A DNA stretch of 64,000 nt, taken from assembly GCA_964016885.1 (NCBI GenBank), contig OZ024741.1, positions 387,934,001 through 387,998,000 on the forward strand. The letters are read 5' to 3'. Position numbers and translations under genes: made by a program. A model generated the notes under the pieces. The model made no database searches, was not told the DNA's origin, and saw nothing but the letters and a program-made list of their open reading frames with translations. Every line of letters begins with the position of its first letter. Within the stretch, counting starts at the first letter, position 1. Positions 45,001-52,932 of this stretch are shown one piece after another. Origin of the DNA: Eledone cirrhosa. Lineage: Eukaryota.

Positions 45001-48000
45001 GGTGCTAGCAGTATTAACATTGGAGGTGGTAGCAATATTAACACTGCAGGTGGTAGCAATATTAACAATGGAGGTGGTAGCAGTATTAACACTCGAGGTG
45101 GTAGCAGTATTAACACTGGAGGTGGTAGCAGTATTAACACTGGAGGTGGTAGCAATATTAACACTGGAGGTGGTAGCAATATTAACACTCGAGGTGGTAG
45201 CAGTATTAACACTGGAGGTGGTAGCAATATTAACACTGGAGGTGATAGCAATATTAACACTGGAGGTGGTAGCAGTATTAACATTGGAGGTGGTAGCAAT
45301 ATTAACACTGGAGGTGGTAGCAGTATTAACACTGGAGGTGGTAGCAATATTAACACTGGAGGTGGTAGCAGTATTAACACTGGAGGTGGTAGCAATATTA
45401 ACAATGGAGGTGGTAGCAGTATTAACACTGGAGGTGGTATCAATATTAACACTGGAGGTGGTATCAATATTAACACTGGAGGTGGTAGCAATATTAACAC
45501 TGGAGGGGGTAGCAGTATTAACACTGGAGGGGGTAGCAGTATTAACACTGGAGGTGGTATCAATATTAACACTGGAGGTGGTAGCAATATTAACACTGGA
45601 GGTGGTATCAGTATTAACACTGGAGGTGGTATCAATATTAACACTGGAGGTGGTAGCAGTATTAACACTGGAGGTGGTATCAGTATTAACACTGGAGGTG
45701 GTAGCAGTATTAACACTGGAGGTGGTAGCAATATTAACACTCGAGGTGGTAGCAGTATTAACACTGGAGGTGGTAGCAGTATTAACACTGGAGGTGGTAG
45801 CAGTATTAACACTGGAGGTGGTAGCAGTATTAACACTGGAGGTGGTAGCAGTATTAACACTGGAGGTGGTAGCAGTATTAACACTGGAGGTGGTAGCAGT
45901 ATTAACACTGGAGGTGGTGGCAGTATTAACACTGGAGGTGGTAGCAGTATTAACACTCGAGGTGGTAGCAGTATTAACACTGGAGGTGGTAGCAGTATTA
46001 ACACTGGAGGTGGTAGCAGTATTAACACAGGAGGTGGTAGCAATATTAACACTGGAGCAGGTATCAATATTAACACTGGAGGTGGTAGCAGTATTAACAC
46101 TGCAGGTGGTAGAAGTATTAACACTGGAGGTGGTATCAATATTAACACTGGAGGTGGTAGCAATATTAACACTGGAGGTGGTAGCAGTATTAACACAGGA
46201 GGTGGTAGCAATATGAACACTGGAGCAGGTATCAATATTAACACTGGAGGTGGTAGCAGTATTAACACTGGAGGTGGTATCAGCATTAACACAGGAGGTG
46301 GTAGCAATATTAACACTGGAGCAGGTATCAATATTAACACTGGAGGTGGTAGCAGTATTAACACTGCAGGTGGTAGAAGTATTAACACTGGAGGTGGTAT
46401 CAATATTAACACTGGAGGTGGTAGCAATATTAACACTGGAGGTGTTAGCAGTATTAACACTGGAGGTGGTAGCAATATTAACACTGGAGGTGATAGCAAT
46501 ATTAACACTGGAGGTGGTAGCAGTATTAACACTGGAGGTGGTAGCAGTATTAACACTCGAGGTGGTAGCAGTATTAACACTGGAGGTGGTAGCAGTATTA
46601 ACACTGGAGGTGGTAGCAGTATTAACACTTGAGGTGGTAGCAATATTAACACTGGAGCAGGTATCAATATTAACACTGGAGGTGGTAGCAGTATTAACAC
46701 TGCAGGTGGTAGAAGTATTAACACTGGAGGTGGTATCAATATTAATACTGGAGGTGGTAGCAATATTAACACTGGAGGTGGTAGCAGTATTAACACAGGA
46801 GGTGGTAGCAATATGAACACTGGAGCAGGTATCAATATTAACACTGGAGGTGGTAGCAGTATTAACACTGGAGGTGGTATCAGCATTAACACAGGAGGTG
46901 GTAGCAATATTAACACTGGAGCAGGTATCAATATTAACACTGGAGGTGGTAGCAGTATTAACACTGCAGGTGGTAGAAGTATTAACACTGGAGGTGGTAT
47001 CAATATTAACACTGGAGGTGGTAGCAATATTAACACTGGAGGTGTTAGCAGTATTAACACTGGAGGTGGTAGCAATATTAACACTGGAGGTGATAGCAAT
47101 ATTAACACTGGAGGTGGTAGCAGTATTAACACTGGAGGTGGTAGCAATATTAACACTGGAGGTGGTAGCAGTATTAACACTGGAGGTGGTAGCAATATTA
47201 ACACTGGAGGTGGTAGCAATATTAACAATGGAGGTGGTAGCAGTATTAACACTGGAGGTGGTATCAATATTAACACTGGAGGTGGTATCAATATTAACAC
47301 TGGAGGTGGTAGCAATATTAACACTGGAGGGGGTAGCAGTATTAACACTGGAGGGGGTAGCAGTATTAACACTGGAGGTGGTATCAATATTAACACTGGA
47401 GGTGGTAGCAATATTAACACTGGAGGTGGTATCAGTATTAACACTGGAGGTGGTAGCAGTATTAACACTGGAGGTGGTAGCAGTATTAACACTGGAGGTG
47501 GTAGCAATATTAACACTCGAGGTGGTAGCAGTATTAACACTGGAGGTGGTAGCAGTATTAACACTGGAGGTGGTAGCAGTATTAACACTGGAGGTGGTAG
47601 CAGTATTAACACTGGAGGTGGTAGCAGTATTAACACTGGAGGTGGTAGCAGTATTAACACTGGAGGTGGTAGCAGTATTAACACTGGAGGTGGTAGCAGT
47701 ATTAACACTGGAGGTGGTAGCAGTATTAACACTGGAGGTGGTAGCAGTATTAACACTGGAGGTGGTAGCAGTATTAACACTGGAGGTGGTAGCAGTATTA
47801 ACACTGGAGGTGGTAGCAGTATTAACACAGGAGGTGGTAGCAATATTAACACTGGAGCAGGTATCAATATTAACACTGGAGGTGGTACCAGTATTAACAC
47901 TGCAGGTGGTAGAAGTATTAACACTGGAGGTGGTATCAATATTAACACTGGAGATGGTAGCAATATTAACACTGGAGGTGGTAGCAGTATTAACACAGGA

Positions 48001-49268
48001 GGTGGTAGCAATATGAACACTGGAGCAGGTATCAATATTAACACTGGAGGTGGTAGCAGTATTAACACTGGAGGTGGTATCAGCATTAACACAGGAGGTG
48101 GTAGCAATATTAACACTGGAGCAGGTATCAATATTAACACTGGAGGTGGTAGCAGTATTAACACTGCAGGTGGTAGAAGTATTAACACTGGAGGTGGTAT
48201 CAATATTAACACTGGAGGTGGTAGCAATATTAACACTGGAGGTGTTAGCAGTATTAACACTGGAGGTGGTAGCAATATTAACACTGGAGGTGATAGCAAT
48301 ATTAACACTGGAGGTGGTAGCAGTATTAACACTGTAGGTGGTAGCAATATTAACACTGGAGGTGGTAGCAGTATTAACACTGGAGGTGGTAGCAATATTA
48401 ACACTGGAGGGGGTAGCAGTATTAACACTGGAGGGGGTAGCAGTATTAACACTGGAGGTGGTATCAATATTAACACTGGAGGTGGTAGCAATATTAACAC
48501 TGGAGGTGGTATCAGTATTAACACTGGAGGTGGTATCAATATTAACACTGGAGGTGGTAGCAGTATTAACACTGGAGGTGGTATCAGTATTAACACTGGA
48601 GGTGGTAGCAGTATTAACACTGGAGGTGGTAGCAGTATTAACACTGGAGGTGGTAGCAATATTAACACTGGAGGTGGTATCAATATTAACACTGGAGGTG
48701 GTAGCAGTATTAACACTGGAGGTGGTAGCAATATTAACACTGGAGGGGGTAGCAGTATTAACACTGGAGGGGGTAGCAGTATTAACACTGGAGGTGGTAT
48801 CAATATTAACACTGGAGGTGGTAGCAGTATTAACACTGGAGGTGGTAGCAGTATTAACACTGGAGGGGGTAGCAGTATTAACACTGGAGGGGGTAGCAGT
48901 ATTAACACTGGAGGTGGTATCAATATTAACACTGGAGGTGGTAGCAATATTAACACTGGAGGTGGTATCAGTATTAACACTGGAGGTGGTAGCAGTATTA
49001 ACACTGGAGGTGGTAGCAATATTAACACTGGAGGTGGTATCAATATTAACACTGGAGGTGGTAGCAATATTAACACTGGAGGTGGTATCAATATTAACAC
49101 AGGAGGTGGTATCAGTATTAACACTGGAGGTGGTAGCAGTATTAACACTGGAGGTGGTATCAATATTAACACTGGAGGTGGTAGCAGTATTAACACTGGA
49201 GGTGGTATCAATATTAACACTGGAGGTGGTAGCAGTATTAACACTGGAGGTGGTAGCAAAATTAACAA
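1..49268. repeat. 24-bp tandem satellite, consensus ACACTGGAGGTGGTAGCAGTATTA, about 2050 copies, runs off the left edge
   Basis: 24-bp periodicity is visible throughout. Main variants are AGCAGT/AGCAAT/ATCAAT/ATCAGT, GGT>GTT, GGT>GGG and ACT>ACA. The array ends abruptly at ...GGTAGCAAAATTAACAA. Confidence 0.99.
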
Positions 49269-49417
49269 TCAATACTAAAGCAGAGTGTATATATATATAT
49301 ATAGAGAGAGAAAATAACATGACAATGTTCCACATGAATAATTTTATTGATCAAAAACAGTCACGAATGTTTCACAGTGGTTTGGCACAATATTGATATT
49401 TTCATATATATATATCA

Positions 49418-49690
49418 TGATCATCATCGTTGTTTTTACAGTCAGTTGTGAAGCAGGGCTAATGATCTCCAACTCAGGCCAGGAATCTCTATCTCGCTTA
49501 CATATGGTCTCACATTCTACTGAGTAAATAGGAGGGGTTTATCGCGTAGATCACCAACACTAGGGAGACTTTCATATTCTTCAAATGACTGAAGGGTCCT
49601 CCCAGCCCTTTGTTTCGCAAGATTTCCACTGCTGGGTGCCCTTCCTATCACCAGCCACTTTACAGCATATACTGGGTGTGTTTATCTAGA
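49418..49690 (-). mobile_element. Degenerate RTE-type 3' tail fragment
   Basis: (CAT)n-like end at 49418-49430, plus GCTGGGTGCCCTTCCTATCACCAGCCACTTTACAG, the reverse complement of the LINE tail motif seen at 55300 and 63360. Confidence 0.6.
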
Positions 49691-49848
49691 GAGGTTGCTG
49701 TACTGTGGAACAACTGGAGCAGACATAGGTGAGGTGGTTATAGGAGTGTTGCTTGAGGAATTTCTTTCAACCAGTCATGTTTTTTTGGGGGGTGGGGGAT
49801 GTCTTCTACAATGTTTGTGTAGCTGTAGAAAGAGCATTATTTCAGATG

Positions 49849-49945
49849 TTAACTTTGCCTTTCATCCTTACGGGGTCGATAAAATAAAGTACCAGTAATG
49901 TACTGGGTAATTGCTGGCCTTGTGCCTAAAGTAGAAACAATTATT
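49849..49945 (+). mobile_element. SINE fragment with Meta-domain-like core
   Basis: GCCTTTCATCCTTACGGGGTCGATAAAATAAAGTACCAG resembles the MetaSINE/octopus SINE central domain (recalled, not searched). Confidence 0.55.
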
Positions 49946-50067
49946 TCAGATAAGGGAGCAGTATTTTAGTGAAGGTCTAATATTTGCTTTATAGAGAATC
50001 AGTAATTAATCTGGGCTGGAGTATTTTCAAGCCTTTAAAGAGGAAGTATAGTCTTTACGAGCTACCA

Positions 50068-50200
50068 GAGGATGACACTCAAGACCTATATCAAACAGGT
50101 TTATGACAAAATAAAGTGCAATCCTTCCGACCTACTGAATATGATGAATAATAGAATTGGATGGTGACAGAGAATCTAGGGAATCTGCAAGCATCAGTGC
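50068..50200 (+). mobile_element. Old LINE ORF2 C-terminal fragment (a different RTE-like family)
   Basis: Translates as MTLKTYIKQVYDKIKCNPSDLLNMMNNRIGW*QRI*GI, resembling the RTE terminal KTY...DL..AM.DR..WR motif. Confidence 0.45.
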
Positions 50201-50333
50201 TATTCTCTTCAACAGGCCAGGAATCTGTGTTTCGCTTATGTACAGTCTAATGTTCTACTGAGTAGATATATTTTAACAAACACTGTACATAGTAAACAGA
50301 TGTAAGTACCTGGTCACTATACACAATATCAAC

Positions 50334-50515
50334 ATCATCATCATCATCGTTTAATATCTATTTTCCATGCTTGTGTGTATTAGATGAGCTGTCACATTAT
50401 GAGGCCAGACAGACTAGGTGACTTGCTCACACAATCCTTTTTTTGGCTTGATTTTCTATGGCTAGATTCCCTTTCTAATGCCAACCAACCACCTTACAGG
50501 GTGGTCTGAGTGCAT
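50334..50515 (-). mobile_element. RTE/SINE 3' tail fragment
   Basis: (CAT)n CGTTTAA...TTTTCCATGCT...GGCTAGATTCCCTTTCTAATGCCAACC, homologous to the tails at 55577 and 57425. Confidence 0.7.
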
Positions 50516-50517
50516 CT

Positions 50518-50518
50518 A

Positions 50519-50564
<46 letters not shown>
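50518..50564. repeat. (CT)n(TA)n compound microsatellite
   Basis: Seen directly. Confidence 0.95.
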
Positions 50565-50570
<6 letters not shown>

Positions 50571-50649
50571 TAAAAAAATGAATAACACCGAGATACCAAA
50601 ATAATTGATGTTATTAGATTCACATTGAGATGAAAGAGAGAAGAAAAAG

Positions 50650-50686
50650 AGTTCAACGTATCGGACTTTAGCCTTTCGTCAGGAGA
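50650..50686 (-). ncRNA. Degenerate hammerhead motif / Penelope-like terminal remnant
   Basis: Minus strand reads CTGACGA aaggctaaagtcc GATA CGTT ga (GAAA>GATA), followed by an AT-rich tail to about 50565. Confidence 0.5.
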
Positions 50687-50697
50687 TATACATGTAA

Positions 50698-50730
<33 letters not shown>

Positions 50731-50800
50731 TATATATATATGAAGTATTTCTGTAGGAAGGGTAAAGGAATGGAGAGTGCTCTATGTATGCTACAGAGCT

Positions 50801-50974
50801 ATTTAATTATGTAACAAACAACATAAGACAATTATTCCATTTACCAAAGGTTTCACGAAGACAGACGAGCTCAACAGAGACATCTGAAATCTCTCATCTG
50901 TTGAGCTCGTCTGTCTTCGTGAAACCTTTGGTAAATGGAATAATTGTCTTATGTTGTTTATTACATATTTAAAT
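50801..50974. repeat. Fold-back palindrome 1 (78-bp arms, 2 mismatches, 18-bp spacer)
   Basis: 50801-50878 is the reverse complement of 50897-50974. The arm reads CTGTTGA...GAAA CCTTTGG TA, a degenerate hammerhead. Confidence 0.95.
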
Positions 50975-51039
50975 ATATATATATACTTACACACACATAT
51001 ATATATTAATACTTAAATATATATATATATAATTTTTTT

Positions 51040-51090
51040 AGTTTCAGAAGATCCTGTTAAGGGTGAAAGCAGCGATTCTTTGCTTAAACT
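51040..51090 (+). ncRNA. Type-I hammerhead-like motif (core U4>A)
   Basis: AGTTT CAGAAGA tcctgttaagggt GAAA GCAGcgattctTTGC TT AAACT. Stem I is AGTTT/AAACT and stem III is AGCAG/TTGCT. Same family as palindrome 4. Confidence 0.6.
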
Positions 51091-51120
51091 TTAATCTGTT
51101 ATTTTAATAAATATATATAT

Positions 51121-51304
51121 ATAAGTGTAATCTGAGATTTTCGAATATTAATAATAATATTCGATTTGTTTGCAATTATGCAAACAAGCCTCATTTTTAA
51201 AGCCATGTCAGTAGAATGAGCCCTTCATTCTTGCTCTTCGTTTGCATAATTGCAAACGAATCGAATATTATTGCTAATATTCGAAAAACTCAGATTACAT
51301 TTAT
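51121..51304. repeat. Fold-back palindrome 2 (65-bp arms, about 54-bp spacer); each arm contains two internal hairpins
   Basis: 51121-51185 vs 51240-51304. Internal hairpins are TCGAATATTA..TAATATTCGA and GTTTGCA..TGCAAAC. Confidence 0.93.
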
Positions 51305-51406
51305 TGTATTCAGCCATGTAGAGCGAACATTTTAAAAAAATTACAGTTTGTAGGACTGGAGTATAAATAATATATAAGATCAAAAGATGGTTAAAAGAGT
51401 TCCATG

Positions 51407-51477
51407 TATTTTATTATGCGCATTTCAAAAACAAATATCATCATGCGATAACATTTGCGTTTTCGTCAGATAAAATA
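51407..51477 (-). ncRNA. Type-I hammerhead ribozyme (minus-strand copy)
   Basis: Exact reverse complement of 51585-51655. Confidence 0.75.
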
Positions 51478-51584
51478 GGGAGACATGATATGAAGGTTGT
51501 GAATAGTGCAGTTTTAAATCAACATATGTTGATTTAAAACTGCACTATTCACAAGTGTTTTTTAACCTTCATATCATGTCTCCC

Positions 51585-51655
51585 TATTTTATCTGACGAA
51601 AACGCAAATGTTATCGCATGATGATATTTGTTTTTGAAATGCGCATAATAAAATA
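51585..51655 (+). ncRNA. Type-I hammerhead ribozyme
   Basis: TATTTTAT-CTGACGA-aaacgCAAATGTTATC gcat GATGATATTTGttttt-GAAA-TGCGCA-TA-ATAAAATA. It has an 8-bp stem I, an intact core, a long stem II and a palindromic stem III; the predicted cut is after A51647. Confidence 0.75.
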
Positions 51656-51747
51656 CATGGAACTCTTTTAACCATCTTTTGATCTTATATATTATATATA
51701 TATATATATGTAAGTATATATATATAGATATATAATATATATATATA

Positions 51748-51800
51748 TGTCCCATCCTTGCAAGCAGGAAAAAAACGGACGTAAAATGATAATGATGATG
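51748..51800 (+). mobile_element. Extreme 3' tail of an RTE/SINE
   Basis: CCCATCCTTGCAAGCAGGAAAAAAACGGACGTAAAATGATAATGATGATG matches the tail at 57425-57485 (-). Confidence 0.7.
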
Positions 51801-51866
51801 TATATATATATATAATATATATATGTATATATATATAATATATATTTATATAATATATATATGTAT

Positions 51867-52105
51867 ATCACCTTGATCACCTTGACCGACCAGTCTGTCG
51901 GGCGCCAAACGGCGCCGCTGGTCACAGCACGTCGTGCTGTTTTAGCCCTAAGATAACACCATCCCACTGGCTGGGCGGGCAGGCCGGTACTCATTTCTAC
52001 AGCTGAGTAAACTGGAACATGAAATAAAGTGTCTTGCTCAAGGAAACAACACATCATCCGGTCCGAGAATTGAACCCACAACCTTTCGATTGCAAGCCCA
52101 ATGCT
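51867..52105 (-). mobile_element. tRNA-derived SINE with CORE-like domain, 5'-clipped, with a distinct tail
   Basis: The minus strand has B-box GGTTCAATTC and CCTTGAGCAAGACACTTT...CTGTAGAAATGAG, and ends (CAAGGTGAT)2. Confidence 0.8.
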
Positions 52106-52179
52106 ATATATATATATATATATATTATTATTATTACTATATATATATATACATACATATATATATATTATATATATAT

Positions 52180-52217
<38 letters not shown>

Positions 52218-52260
52218 ATATATATATAATATATATATATGTATGTATATATATATATAG
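52105..52260. repeat. Imperfect (TA)n tract
   Basis: Seen directly; similar tracts lie at 51690-51860, 55467-55576, 57601-57640 and 58066-58132. Confidence 0.95.
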
Positions 52261-52326
52261 TAATAATAATAATAAATGCGAAGACTAAAATCCAAAAAGG
52301 GCTCGATAAGGATAAATATATATCAA

Positions 52327-52480
52327 ATATATAAGAACCCTAGAGCAAATATTTATTAAAATAACAGATTAAAGTTTAAGCAAAGAATCGCTGCTTTCAC
52401 CCTTAACGGGATCTTCAGAAGATCCCGTTAAACTTTAATCTGTTATTTTAATAAATATTTGCTCTACGGTTTTTATATAT
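52327..52480. repeat. Fold-back palindrome 4 centred on TCTTC-A-GAAGA; right arm lacks 27 bp
   Basis: Arms flank 52417. The minus strand of the left arm reads CTGAAGA tcccgttaagggt GAAA gcagcgattctttgc TT aaact. Confidence 0.9.
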
Positions 52481-52488
52481 ATTCTTAT

Positions 52489-52830
52489 GGAGGCATATGG
52501 CTTAGTGGTTAGAACATTGGCCTTGCAATCGAAAGGTTGTGAGTTCAATTCTCGGACCGGGTGATGTGTTGTTTCCTTGAGCAAGAGACTTTATTTCACA
52601 TTGTTCCAGTTTACTCAACTGTAGAAATGAGATGATAGGGACTGGGGTCCCTATCATTCCACTGCAAAGTGGTCGTGGTGGCGCCACGGCAAAAAAAAAA
52701 GCACCCAGCACTCACTGTAAATGAGGTTGGTGTTAGGAAGGGCATCCAGCTGTAGAAATCAAGCCAGAATCAGTTCCCGTCCCACAGGGAAAAGTGGACG
52801 TAAAATGAAATGATGAAATGAAATGAAATG
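52489..52830 (+). mobile_element. Full-length tRNA-derived SINE with CORE-like centre and RTE-derived 3' tail
   Basis: A-box TGGCTTAGTGG, B-box GTTCAATTC, core CCTTGAGCAAGAGACTTT, tail GGTTGGTGTTAGGAAGGGCATCCAGCTGTAG shared with the LINEs, and a (GAAAT)n end. Confidence 0.88.
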
Positions 52831-52932
52831 ATATTATCCTTATCGGCCCTCTTTGGATTTAGTCTTCACATTTTTTCTTCATCTTATTATTATTATTATA
52901 TAAATATATATATATATATTATATATATATGA

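Larger units (their letters stand above)
51367..51695. repeat. Fold-back palindrome 3: 329 bp, no central loop, one 11-nt bulge
   Basis: 51367-51498 is the exact reverse complement of 51564-51695. An inner perfect palindrome at 51497-51554 is centred on AACAT|ATGTT. Confidence 0.97.

Noticed and set aside
1-49268. Shine-Dalgarno GGAGGT in every monomer; telomeric repeat
   Set aside because: The context is eukaryotic so the match is coincidental, and no TTAGGG-type unit is present.
5382-49335. Mucin-like (VNTATTSS)n minus frame with no stops
   Set aside because: None of its consensus codons is one substitution from a stop, so openness is expected without selection; indels break it repeatedly.
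9-49396. Giant ORFs (LTLEVVAV)n and (VLILLPPP)n
   Set aside because: They are by-products of a 24-bp monomer, start at arbitrary codons, switch frame at indels and accumulate stops.
51121-51304. Hammerhead in palindrome 2
   Set aside because: Two adjacent hairpins are joined by GAAT, but there is no CUGANGA in the required position.
52489-52560. tRNA gene
   Set aside because: The A/B boxes run directly into a SINE core and LINE tail, so this is a SINE head.
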